Shown here: positions 39,901 through 46,371 of the stretch, in pieces
Layout of the letters: each line of letters begins with the position of its first letter
Position numbering within the stretch: position 1 is the stretch's first letter
Assembly (NCBI GenBank): GCA_964187785.1
Contig: OZ076409.1
Location: 5,334,001-5,398,000 of the forward strand
Length of the DNA stretch: 64,000 nucleotides
Origin: Amphiscolops sp. MND2022
Taxonomy: Eukaryota
Direction of reading: 5' to 3'
Translations under genes and position numbers: made by a program
The notes under the pieces: model-generated
What the model saw: the letters and a program-made list of their open reading frames with translations, nothing else
Databases searched by the model: none
What the model was told of the DNA's origin: nothing

Positions 39901-42900
39901 GAGAGTTTTCGGGCTTTTCCTCCTCTTTCTGATAATTTCCATTATTTCGGCAGTTGCGCCCCAGTTAAAATAATCCGGGTCCATTTCGGTCTTAAGTAGA
40001 GGTAAGTTTTGTAATGAATTTGGATTCGAATTCGAGTTTTGATTCAATTTTCGGATTTGACTTTCCATTTTAGCTTTTCGTCGTCGATTATCTTTTGTTA
40101 GTTCCGCTTGATGATGTTTTTTGTTCTTGTCTCGGTTTCTCTCGAAAGTTCTATTCCGCTGTGATTGGTCGTTAAATTTTGTTTCGGTCGTTTTTGTTGT
40201 TTCCGTCGCGTTTTGTGATTGGTCGGCGAATATTGGTCCGTATTTTCTATCTAATTCGGCTTGTTCTGAGAGGATGTTAATTACAAATTGCTCATCGTAA
40301 ACGTCTTCGGTTGTTGCGTTTGCTACCGGATTTCTACTTAGAAAGGCGGTAAACTTTAGATTACTTCCTGCATTGTGTTGAATAGCTATAGTAAAGTGTG
40401 CTAGGCGGTCTAACCATCTAGTCAATCTCGCGCTATATTGTCTATTACATCGGTTCCTTGTAATCAAAGGTTCAAGCGCTTGGTGGTCTGTGTAAAGAAA
40501 GATTCTCTTTCCGTATAAATAAAAATGGAATTTTTTTAAACCCCAGACAACTGCCAAAAATTCTAGTTCTCCGATTGAATAGTTTTTTTCACTGTCGTTT
40601 AAGTATCTGCTACCGAATGCTATCGGTTTAATTTCCCCCTCCTATTGTTTTTGCCATATTGTAATTCCGAGACCGGTTTTGCTTGCGTCGGTTGTCACTA
40701 TGTTTTCTCTATCTTTAGCGTAATGTGCCAAGAAGGGTTCTTCGGTTAGCATTTTCTTTTTATTGTTGAAATCTTCATCTTGTTGTTTTCCCCAATTCCA
40801 TGTGGAATCTTTCTTCAACAGTCTTCGGAGTCTTTCCGTCCTTTCCGATAGTCTCGTTAAGAATTTCGCCAGACATTGAAATGCGCCGAGAAATGATTTC
40901 AGTTGTTTTTGGTTTTCCGGGTGTTTTAATTCCAGTATTGCTTTTACTTTTTCTTTGTTCGGTTTAATTCCCGTTTAATCAATTTCGTGACCAAGCTATT
41001 TGATTTTATTCAAGAAGAATTCGGATTTTCTTTTGCTTGCTCGGTATCCTGCCTTCTCCAATTTTCCCAATATATCGTAAAAAAATTTTTCGTGTTCTTT
41101 TCGGTCACCCCGTGTTACCACTATAATGTCATCCAGCCATGCCGGTGTGGAGTACTCTAGTGTTCGGTCATTTTTTTCTTGGAATATTGTAGGGATATCG
41201 GCGAGACCGTAGAATCCCTTTTTGAATCTGTAGTATCCGCTAAAATTTCCTCCTGTTATTGCGAATACGCAATGTCGGCTTGTTTTTTTAATAGTTTCAT
41301 TCGGCCGTATGCATAATCGAGGTCGATCTTTGATATCCTGAATTCTTTTGTTCGGTGGCTGGTAAATTCCGCCGAGATTTTATTTAGCAGTTCTTCCATG
41401 TTCGGCATGTGTGGTCGGATTTTTATACAGCTGTCATTTAACTTTCTTGAGTCCAATGCTCTTTTACCGACTTGTCGTTTTTTACTGTAATTACTACCTG
41501 TGAAACGAAGCAATCTTCATCTACTTGTTTTACTTTTTCCAAGTGTCCGGTTTCTATCAATTGTTCTAGTTCTTTCCCGACTTCTTCTTGTAGATGTAAA
41601 GGGAACGGTCTTGCTTTTTGTTTCACCGGATAATGTCCGGGTTTTAATTGAATATTTATTTCGGTATCTTTTATCGTGGTGTTGTTCTTGAATAAGTCTG
41701 GAAACTTTTCAATTACTCGTCTCTTTTCTGATTGGCTGTTGTCTTCCAATCGGATGTTTCTGATTGTCAAAATAAATTTCTTCATCCAGTCCATTCCGAG
41801 TAATGGTGTAATGTCATTTCTTTCGGTAATTAGAATTTGCATTTTCTGTTTATTGTTTTCGTATTCAATGTTTGCCGGTATTTTCCCTCGGAATTTCACT
41901 TCATTTTTGTTTACGTCTGGTACCGTTGTTTCACTTTTTGTATCTCGGTTTTTTTCAATTTTTTTCTCGTTGACGGGCATTATTGAAATTGGTGATCCGG
42001 TGTCCACTATAAACTCCTTTTCGATACCGTTTATTTTTATCACGGCTGTCAGGCATTTGTTTCTGTCGGTAATTCTATTTATTCTTTCAATTCTGTGTAT
42101 GCTTGTCTCTGATTTTTCGGATTCTCCTTCAATTGTCCCCGATTTGTCTTCGGTTCCATTGCGTACTTTGCGTTTGTAGTTTTCTCTTTGTCTGCATACC
42201 CGTGCGAAATGTCTTTTCTTTCCGCAATTGTTGCAAAGTTTTCTCAATGCCGGACATTTGTGAGTGGGGTTCCAATTCCGTGCATTGCAAAATTTACATG
42301 GTTTCTCATTTGTAAATTTATTCTTCGATCTTGTCTCACATATTTCCATTCGTTGTATCGGCTCTTCTTTTATTTCCTTTTTTTTTGGTGTGAAATCAGA
42401 GCTTCCGGTATGGTGTTTTTTCTGTTCTTTCTCTCCCACGTGTTTTGTTTGATCATTTCGATTGTTTTTTTTTCAGTTCCAGTTTTTTTCTTTCTTTAAT
42501 TTATCCCGAAGTTTCGTGTCCGTAATTGCGGTCATAAATTTTGAAATCAATAAATCTTCTGCTGTTATTCCTTCAAATGCGCATTCTTTTTCTATTTCGA
42601 TGAGTCTCCGCCAGAAGTCTTCCGGTGTTTCGGATTCAGTTTGTCTTGTCCAGAGGAATTCTCCGCGGTTATGGTAAGTGTTTCGTTTCGGCTCGTGTCA
42701 TTTGTTCTCCGCTCGTGTCGTTTGGTACAAATCTTCGGGGCCGATTCCCCATATAAAGTCTTCTTGAATTTCAGCTTCTTTTCCGGACCAACCGGTTTGT
42801 GTTATTTCGGCTCCCCGTCCTAATTCGGTGATATCCATTTTGTGTTTTCTCTTGGTATATTGCCGAAACCTTTCAAGCCATTGTTTCGGAGTGAAGATTC

Positions 42901-45900
42901 TTTTTCCGTCTGATGTGGCTTCGCAATTCGGTACTTCGATTTTGCTTTCTTCTGTCGTTTTCTTTGTTGTAAATAGAAATTCTTGGGTAGTTTAGATCTT
43001 CCCTTTAGACATTCATAGAAGAAAAGAGATTTATGTTTATTTATATTTGTAAACATAGTGCTAAATTGTTCATATTAAAGATACATCATTTGTGATACAG
43101 ATCAGTATAGAAAGAAGATCGATTTGACTTTGCTTTTGAGTTTAAAGATACTTTTAACAAAAGACTATATTGTTTTCTTATCTAACCAAGAAATAGAACA
43201 TGGCGCAGTCATTAATTTTAGATTAATGACTGCGCCATGTTCTATTTCTTGGTTAGATAAGAAAACAATATAGTCTTTTGTTAAAAGTATCTTTAAACTC
43301 AAAAGCAAAGTCAAATCGATCTTCTTTCTATACTGATCTGTATCACAAATGATGTATCTTTAATATGAACGATTTAGCACTATGTTTACAAATATAAATA
43401 AACATAAATCTCTTTTCTTCTATGAATGTCTAAAGGGAAGATCTAAGTTTGATTGACACATGTCATCCGAAAGATTCGGTTCTGTATTACACCGTGTAAT
43501 ACATACATTATAAAATTTTCGTTTCAACACAGCATCCAAGTAAAACAACTTTACGTTAGTTTACTTTACTTAAGTTGCTAGATCTACCTAGCAAGGGTTG
43601 TTTTCAATCATATAAGTTTGAAAGTTGAAAACAAATTCACTTTTGACTGTCAAAGGGCCAAAAAATTCTTGATTTCGTCTGCATAAAACGCATTTTGTAA
43701 GTTTACACTGTGATAACTTGCAGCGAAACAAGTGGTTATGTTTCGAAATTCAACAATTCAGTTAAAAATTGTTTTCACCAAAAATTGTGTTTACATATAG
43801 GTTTTCAAACTGTTTGACAAAATGTCACTTTTGACCACCAAAAACAAAAACACTACGTGGAAGTAACAGTACCCATGACAGAATAACTCCAATATCAAAA
43901 GACTTTCTAGAACGAAAATTTGAAAAACAACTGAGCGAATTACAAAAAACACCAAAGATAGAGTTGTTTAATTTTCTCCCTCGAGCTACCGTTTTTTCTC
44001 AATTAAGTTTCCACAACCAATTTCTGGTCAAAACTATTGCCTTCTTAACTTGAGTGAATCCACTCGGCGCGGCATTAACACAAACATAGTTTCCCATCAG
44101 TTTTTTAGTAGTCGCTTTTCTTAAGAAAAATGTCGACTATAGTCGTCAGTGTTTCTTTAAAGACCATCTGAAGTAACCAAAATAGTTCTAACAAAAGTTC
44201 TACAAAATTTTGAGAAGACGCCAAATTGTACCTGTTGGCCCAAGGAACTGAACCAAAAAGGGTTCCCGCGTAACATACAATACCGGACGAGACCAAACGG
44301 CCCCCCTTTAGATTTTTTTCGGCACTGTGCGACTTTTTTCAAAAATTTTTTCCACCAAAGGGCCTCCTTCAATTTTTTGGAGTTTTGCAACAGAATGGAT
44401 GTTGAAAAATCCCAAAAGGTCCTCCCTTTCAGTTTTTTCGGTATTATGAGACCCTTTTCAAAATTTTTTCATAAACGGTTCCAAATTCACCAATACTTTG
44501 ACATTTTGGAGTCCTTTTGCAATTTTTGAGCCTCAGATATGGCGCCGACTTGGGCCGGTCCCGGCTTGTTTGAAAAAGTATTTTAACGGATGATTTCCAT
44601 TTCTGTACTAATGGCCAATCAACTTTAACAGGCGATGGTTGTTGTTAGGGTGGGTCTGAAAGACTATGCCACCAAGTTTCCGGCAGTGAGGGCATTCTAC
44701 TACAAGGACTGGACCAGTGCTGTAGAAATGATGACTGCCAATTCGGAGGAAATCAAATTTCTGGCTCCCTTCGACTGGAAAGACTGGAAAAATGTCAGCG
44801 TCATTCTGGGTGAGCTTCCTGTTGGCCTATTTAAAAACTCTGGTCTTTTCTAAACAAATGGCACTTCTGGAAAAAACATGCTTTTTTGATAAATCGTACC
44901 ATGACATTATGAGTATCATGCTAAGATCTTTCCAGGAATTGTCCCAAGCTCTCTATGGAGAGCCAACCGGGCAGGTAAAGAAAGGGGTATGTTTTTTCAA
45001 CGAGTGGAGGGCGAGATAGGAAAAGAGATTCCAAAAGTTGGAAATTATAAAGATAATTTTTATACAAACGAATCATGTGTAGGCAGATATTCTGAAACTA
45101 TTAGAATTCATGAGCACTTGTCAAACTCAAAAAAGGCAAATTTATTCGGAAAACTATGAACATTCCAGTGCGAAAATCCTTGAAACATTGCCACAAAACA
45201 TTGCTTATTTTTGAGTATTTCCAACCAATCGCCAAAGTTTTGATGGGATCTTGTTCAATTTTGTTTCACACAAACAGGTTTCAGGTAACCTAATAAATTA
45301 ATGAATAAATTCGCTTTGAAATTCTTCAACATTGGAAACAACTGGCTTTATCTTTCTGATCGTTCTACTACCAGAGGAATATCTTGTTGACAAAGTTTAC
45401 GATGCAAAAATTAATCAAATTAAACAATGGTTCATATCAATAGCCTTTTATATTAACACGGCCTGGAATTGATTTTTAGATGCTCTATTAAGTCAGCGCA
45501 CTATAATCTTTAATCTGACTTTTACATTTCTCCAAAAAATCCCCTAGTTCGAAAGTACCACTACAACAAGCACAAGTTTTTTTTAAAATATCAAGTTTCC
45601 TCAATATTCAAAGGACACTATTTTTAGATTTTTATCAGTTTCTCAGTGCCGAAAAATACCCCAAGGTATATGCATAAAACTCGAAAACCACTTTTAACTC
45701 AGCTTAAAAGAACACAGTTTTTCAAAATTAATTTTACGAACGTTTTCGTTAAGAATAAGTCTCATAGTGCCCGTTGACCAAATAAACTTCTCTTCGACAA
45801 AAGTCGCACAGTGCCAAATCGTGCATTTGGACTCCAAAAATTGTTATCCTGTCAGAAAATCTCAAAAAACCGAAAATTTGAGGAAAAACGGTTTTTGGAA

Positions 45901-46371
45901 AAGTGTATAACAAAATTCTCTTAAATCTTCGGAAAGTCGCATTTCACCAAAAAACCGAACGTGGCGCTTTGTTGTTGCTAACAATCAAATCACTTCAAAT
46001 AAAGAAAGTTTTTTTGAAAATCGCTTAGTGCCGAAAATTCAAAAAGGGGACTTTTTGGTGTTCCCCGACTTGAAATATTTTAGTTGCTTCAGGTGTATCG
46101 AAAAAAATCTGACAAAAAGTCATGACTATAGTCGAAGTTTTTCTGGAAAAAAACGCCGACTACAAAATGCACAGCTATCGTTTGATTTTAACCGTGGATC
46201 GTGCTCTTTCCAGATCATACGGTTCGTCTGGAAGTGGTGAAACAGAACCGGACTGAGAAGATAGGTCTGGCATTGGCGGTGACTGGAAACTCCGTCTGCG
46301 GCATCATGACCCTTTTCTGCACCTTGCTTCTCATCTTCAACTACTACTACCGACACCAAAAACTCATCAAG
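2883..46371 (+). CDS. Host gene (partial, multi-exon): class C GPCR, GABA-B-receptor-like (Venus flytrap/ANF-receptor domain through TM1)
   Basis: AG/GT-bounded exons 2883-3021, 4410-4608, 25614-25693, 29923-30102, 33461-33638, 36345-36492, 44632-44809, 46214-46371. They translate to GIIGPECS, PFLTPSATS, KFGWKRFGI, LCIAADMQLMGNSNVW...CTKEQL, TISG, AYDCVW...FEGASG and TM1 ending FNYYYRHQKLIK. Phases agree except 36492->44632, so an exon is probably missed there. The 5' and 3' exons were not found in the window. Confidence 0.8.
3821..4178. mobile_element. MITE-like element with CAGGGTTGGC TIRs
   Basis: CAGGGTTGGC at 3821 and GCCAACCCTG ending at 4178; no clean TSD. Confidence 0.45.
4410..4608 (+). 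CDS. Host GPCR exon (KPFLTPSATS...KFGWKRFGI...KTLE)
   Basis: TTCCAG acceptor, G|GTAAGT donor; GC-rich open frame; phase 0 in, phase 1 out. Confidence 0.85.
5077..5221 (-). repeat. DINE-1-like copy interrupted by the Polinton (continues at 23542)
   Basis: Starts AACAAGACGGGAACGTCTAAAGTCGGCGC; joined to 23548 onward it is colinear with the intact copy at 23844. Confidence 0.7.
5222..5282 (+). repeat. Polinton left terminal inverted repeat
   Basis: AGTAGTAAATGTACGTGGCATTATA-TGT-G11-TTGAGTGAGTAACCGAATATGG; reverse complement of 23479-23541 apart from 2 mismatches and G-run length. Confidence 0.95.
5293..5567 (+). promoter_or_regulatory. Two ~144-bp tandem direct repeats with CRE (TGACGTCA) and CCAAT-type motifs, next to the left TIR
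   Basis: Units start at 5293 and 5437; perfect TGACGTCA at 5302-5309 and 5503-5510, plus variants (TGACGTAA, TAACGTCA) and ATTGG/CCAAT. Regulatory role is inferred. Confidence 0.55.
5829..6050 (+). CDS. Polinton small acidic protein (last exon) carrying DSGYNS
   Basis: Open frame after a TTTAG acceptor at 5828; very acidic; start exon not resolved (candidate ATG near 5763). Confidence 0.45.
   Translation, partial: RFTDIENLSNDSDSLATDSGYNSMVSFDEDDDGDDGLMHLNVEVVELFERLLSWLDQVQQIDDILQDWMIDDE
6147..6971 (-). pseudogene. Polinton left-arm spliced hypothetical gene (degraded)
   Basis: Open segments separated by AAG|GTAATC...TTTAG (6547-6486) and GTGAGT...TTTAG (6357-6309); an internal TGA at 6622-6620 and a frame break near 6830. 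Confidence 0.4.
7064..11542 (-). pseudogene. polB: Protein-primed family B DNA polymerase (pPolB) with N-terminal C2H2 fingers, vOTU-like domain and an internal VSR-like nuclease; 2 nonsense codons and 1 intron
   Basis: The four ORF-track pieces share one frame. ExoI FDFES, ExoII FNSGFYD, ExoIII YNNLDV, Pol motif A YDANALY, B KLIGNSAYG, C DTDS. In-frame TGA at 10303-10301 and TAA at 8065-8063; candidate intron 8551-8474. Confidence 0.93.
11880..12155 (+). CDS. Polinton small basic hypothetical protein
   Basis: ATG at 11880, 91 aa, RRIGRKKRRR NLS-like stretch; no family recognised. Confidence 0.3.
   Translation: MEPLLLATKHNRINRSKECVTSLLWRRIGRKKRRRHSPATTNRGPQHTIASLMNIVQMQIVVATRLLEILQQHSSSEISTTTTNDISTITE
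12269..12927 (+). pseudogene. Polinton hypothetical protein, possibly tandem PC4-like ssDNA-binding domains; frameshifted
   Basis: ORFs 12269-12463 and 12421-12927 join if one copy of the TTTCA-TTTCA duplication (~12409-12418) is removed (...QLFKLDEE...). Two repeats of a beta-rich unit plus helix; (AGC)11 poly-Ser near the C-terminus. Confidence 0.5.
12991..13602 (+). CDS. DEDD-family 3'-5' exonuclease-like protein (Polinton accessory)
   Basis: VLDVEF...VKEIS...FKPP.PW...W..G...Y...YAKG..K...NLEDMGCP pattern; intact ORF. Confidence 0.65.
   Translation: MADFNYIITFVLDVEFLEVDVVKEISVTTPYHSVSLSFKPPRPWKDLTREEQLEYNNNNNTLNVPWDEGAIDYKELRNAVYTLIPPGVMKYAKGVQKCDFFSRFFHFKIHNLEDMGCPDASAIQYLINKNIKENNDNDDDDDKENRPLCPNFPKYPNHYEKCAAINSKLYLKWLANKIKEDPAAAEMARKTSPLRNDAALTLM
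13632..13895 (+). CDS. Small two-helix membrane protein of Polinton/adintovirus type
   Basis: WxxCGxxxPRSEIVFFSQ plus two hydrophobic segments and LPNP; stop overlaps the ATPase start (ATGA). Confidence 0.7.
   Translation: MTDQPDLAVQEFVFDENNQERKPWTLCGKPIPRSEIVFFSQLLAILMVISFCIFKLSVSSSNDKDKPVWIALLASALGSILPNPTLK
13892..14626 (+). CDS. A32/FtsK-like DNA packaging ATPase
   Basis: Walker A GPSGSGKT, Walker B LLIFDD, arginine-finger motif GRH; ATG at 13892. Confidence 0.93.
   Translation: MNKVIPTDNHVFMSLVGPSGSGKTTPLYKLLTLPVFQPRYQSVIFFYQHYQEAYEKLKRDVEEIEFIQGLDFDLINQSFTHDGKKRLLIFDDFSEELLKSKDFTRIATAGRHLGLHVLYIKHNLFHKSPIGRDVELQLTHIVLFQSPRDINQIERLGQQLGKQKFLPLCYKDATSKPYGFLMIDLSPKTLDLLRFCTNLEPTVFYIPSEKARITEIDDDYTTSYYPAAFQESFTGRPVGHVEKM
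14544..14849 (+). CDS. Conserved small Polinton protein (101 aa, helical)
   Basis: FLAESVVNILQG...KFK pattern resembling the small gene usually found after the Polinton ATPase. Confidence 0.6.
   Translation: MTTQQVITLQHFKSLSLADRLDMLKRCEDNFIEFLAESVVNILQGVVPGIRRKDIEKFKPQIVRIISTKATLAEQRAIFTSRKGLLLLDVIIEHVIQYFLS
14855..15571 (+). CDS. Polinton hypothetical protein (KKFVLIP N-terminus, acidic C-terminus)
   Basis: Intact 238-aa ORF in the compact gene cluster just upstream of the integrase. Confidence 0.65.
   Translation: MELKKFVLIPFSQYKSQLASSRPVSTVLYDSKLTNEEKTKILPTLDRKKRRAAAVVSTPTTTVTASTVPASSSSSTTKTIDRQKEAILLDVGGSETAQRRSASLYDKILSNPKIELTSEGTIKLENSDTDIPLSTFLYRLQNPFPKSSPVTRQFLDIVENVKISEHLIANQSLLKHQRSRQNKAPPLVGSDDDADDDEEDFESVDEGAGSSSTATSSKENKEGGRKEWYSVKGEKKQF
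15441..16500 (+). pseudogene. int: Retroviral-like (rve) DDE integrase of the Polinton; one frameshift, no chromodomain
   Basis: WCMD...VDVLSRY, TDQGREF, AERAIR, then SIGMAP and YKVGDFVRI...FRKGY...FYEAEI. An extra A in the A6 run at 16172-16177 breaks FVKILNDRVNRSIG. Start position uncertain. Confidence 0.92.
16543..17007 (+). pseudogene. Basic virion core-like protein (QRGSGIG motif, Lys/Arg-rich tail) with an early stop
   Basis: ATG at 16543 is in frame with ORF 16663-17007: MSG*FHKQ...YRGPVRQRGSGIGSLA; TGA at 16552-16554. Confidence 0.7.
17043..18341 (+). CDS. Major capsid protein (double jelly-roll, PY/hexon-like)
   Basis: SSLDIFSKP, YLDL, NNTLHSFFS, Y..RAF.ET.L and VFDLT motifs; intact ~432 aa. 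Confidence 0.92.
   Translation: MTTTAAHIIPKAATHSSLDIFSKPEVLVSFDNSFEQETLPVTAHDAPVFEFVLTTDRNIYLDLQSVELKLEAKIGKDANGNTNLETELARGNTVAKATDKVSFINNTLHSFFSNCDILINNEIVHTSNNLYAQRAFVETELSHTQGCATTKLITQGYNFEPATGDMLAHRETWTLGSASKTFYGKLAVDFLACDQLLIPNCSMRIRLTRNKPEYLLQSAVTNPAFTPKIERVSIFARYYTVAENYHVNLQRSLLKWPARYNYFEVRSKTFVIPRDQSHFIREDIFNAEPIRRMVLAMCPNNQFTGRWTDTPLAFHKHNLKKVRVLRNGVPVVEYSTSSNTQLYFKTIQKIHFDQDGPLIKLDNYENHYYLVFDLTSTLQCNQEIYYPEIVGARIRIELEFSTNTSTPLELFVLGERFTTVQIDHTGKVLKHG
18334..18759 (+). CDS. Adenain-like cysteine maturation protease
   Basis: IVNT...GHWI, FGDSL, Q...SLCGLYC (His-Asp-Gln-Cys). Confidence 0.9.
   Translation: MDSAALLQVISKIPALKYRYLGCFDPNTFIFPMPIDTFQIVNTTTDVEGHWITLIRLSNGFHYFGDSLKATSLNQYPLLFTRLPEQKTTTTTTLFLPLNTSIKQVDSLCGLYCIYFAWNLFDNTPKVTNDFELYQLFCNLL
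18791..19690 (-). CDS. Minor capsid protein (penton, PX)
   Basis: FYIDLLSNAS..YP.N...F, WEVAL, FVYSDIV...VGN...LLR, IPF...LHFR. Confidence 0.9.
   Translation of the reverse strand: MTSFYIDLLSNASLDIYPNNTLAFFSNFMSNPINLGRGSEWEVALTDISFPNRVYNVTDGEFTLGYIPTPTLQRYRVVVNKPDTVSKELINSYPDVPFLNQYRTFNIPKGCYTEIGQIIDAMNTQIATFTNMERTMFFAYNEETLNLSFTFEGTTEGQSRVYFKIQSDDLAQILGLGTDAVYCEADQIIAPYPCDIARFHTIFVYSDIVDFSNVGNLKNQLLRAFTFRQRTKNEDLIVIYPYDNRSFSNLQYRNVCLDNFNSIQIEIRDMKGKLIPFTSLGLVVLNLHFRKKHVPAITD
19749..20381 (-). CDS. Polinton hypothetical protein (acidic tracts, C-terminal NLS-like PKKKKLKR)
   Basis: Intact ~210-aa ORF from ATG 20381; no firm family. Confidence 0.55.
   Translation of the reverse strand: MIYIFTQRNDVERIFAYKTHFGASAILIKEVKNSATNDEWKIVESFLLPVHLLHLISAQVTVDTAKKMLRSNDDDDDDEQGESDTDDQSFFDLTAPSPPQLPRQYSVDLMLLETYDWKEMECTHPGCLSLELRREFNRLENTLVPITENQLGTQEYEESLRSYWSISDNTDSNAETSADVDDEKCSRQPKKKKLKRVKLMIGSSSSSEDE
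21221..21945 (-). CDS. Two-exon SGNH/GDSL-hydrolase-like protein (~189 aa)
   Basis: Exon 21945-21687, intron 21686-21532 (GTTAGT...TTTAAG), exon 21531-21221 join in frame. Blocks IVIGASN, SGG, DILYNSL, DQFHYT. Confidence 0.6.
21613..21654 (+). repeat. (TTAGGG)7 telomere-type repeat
   Basis: Perfect hexamer array read directly. Confidence 0.97.
22058..22470 (-). CDS. Two-exon Polinton orphan protein (113 aa)
   Basis: ATG 22470; exon 22470-22336 (45 codons); intron 22335-22265 GTACGT...CTGCAG in phase 0; exon 22264-22058. Confidence 0.65.
23479..23541 (-). repeat. Polinton right terminal inverted repeat
   Basis: CCATATTTGGTTACTCACTCAA-C13-ACCTATAATGCCACGTACATTTACTACT. Confidence 0.95.
23844..24361 (-). 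repeat. DINE-1/Helentron-like element, full length
   Basis: AACAAG...AGTCGGCGC at one end, AGTCGGGCACTTTT...AAAAGCGCCGACTAAAA hairpin at the other. Confidence 0.65.
25614..25693 (+). CDS. Host GPCR exon (EAMQGG...DMRRQLQ)
   Basis: TTTGCAG acceptor, CAG|GTTAGT donor; phase 1 in and phase 0 out match both neighbours. Confidence 0.7.
26623..27097 (-). repeat. DINE-1/Helentron-like element
   Basis: Same terminal structures and internal blocks. Confidence 0.6.
27438..28602 (+). repeat. Nested DINE-1/Helentron-like copies
   Basis: Two TTTTAGTCGGCGCTTT starts (~27438, ~27697) and two GCGCCGACT...TGTT ends (~28077, ~28602). Confidence 0.55.
29676..29745 (-). repeat. tRNA-derived SINE-like head
   Basis: A-box-like TGGCCCAGTTGG and B-box GGTTCGAACCC; no convincing acceptor stem. 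Confidence 0.45.
29923..30102 (+). CDS. Host GPCR exon (VFVDHDIKIFF...CTKEQLE)
   Basis: TTCCAG acceptor, GAG|GTTAGA donor; GABA-B-like LC-x-A...VW...W...CT pattern. Confidence 0.8.
32896..33432 (+). repeat. DINE-1/Helentron-like element, full length
   Basis: TTTTAGTCGGCGCTTTT start, GGCGCCGACTCGGGCCGTTCCCGGCTTGTT end. Confidence 0.65.
33461..33638 (+). CDS. Host GPCR exon (LVLNSNP...TISG...SWDLL)
   Basis: TTTTTAG acceptor; TISG motif; the donor (G|GTTATT) was chosen for phase and is less certain. Confidence 0.6.
36345..36492 (+). CDS. Host GPCR exon (AYDCVWL...FEGASG)
   Basis: TTCTAG acceptor, AG|GTACTT donor; AYDxVW and FxGxSG motifs. Confidence 0.85.
36570..36969. mobile_element. MITE-like element with internally repeated inverted ends (AGACAAAAGCGCCCC units)
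   Basis: Tandem ~15-bp units at 36570-36672 are inverted relative to GGGGCGCTTTTGTCT units at 36900-36969. Confidence 0.5.
37450..37706 (-). repeat. 3' LTR of Gypsy element 1
   Basis: TG...CA ends, adjacent to the polypurine tract 37707-37719. Confidence 0.93.
37748..42990 (-). pseudogene. gag-pol of Gypsy element 1, multiply frameshifted
   Basis: Zinc knuckle CNNCGKKRHFARVC, protease FIVDTGS, RT LDSRKLND / KIDLDYAY / WLDDI (~41130), RNase H TDAS and YTDHQAL, integrase remnants TPFELHYGRKP. Confidence 0.9.
42992..43446. repeat. Near-perfect palindrome, 225-bp arms with a 5-nt loop (inverted copy of LTR+PBS)
   Basis: 42992-43216 is the reverse complement of 43222-43446 (one mismatch seen); loop TTTAG. 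Confidence 0.95.
43238..43501 (-). repeat. 5' LTR of Gypsy element 1
   Basis: Direct repeat of 37450-37706 with several differences; followed on the - strand by PBS TGGCGCAGTC. Confidence 0.93.
44102..44570 (+). repeat. DINE-1/Helentron-like element
   Basis: Same terminal structures. Confidence 0.6.
44632..44809 (+). CDS. Host GPCR exon (AMVVVRVG...VSVIL)
   Basis: AACAG acceptor, G|GTGAGC donor; phase 1 out matches the next exon. Confidence 0.6.
46214..46371 (+). CDS. Host GPCR exon containing TM1 (...CGIMTLFCTLLLIFNYYYRHQKLIK)
   Basis: TTCCAG acceptor, AAG|GTCAGA donor; hydrophobic helix followed by FNxxYRxxKxIK as in GABA-B-type TM1/ICL1. Confidence 0.8.

Larger units (their letters stand above)
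37450..43501 (-). mobile_element. Ty3/Gypsy LTR retrotransposon, decayed
   Basis: LTRs 37450-37706 and 43238-43501; TSD CATAC (37445-37449 and 43502-43506); PBS TGGCGCAGTC; PPT AGAAGGGAGGAAA; domain order PR-RT-RH-IN. Confidence 0.95.
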
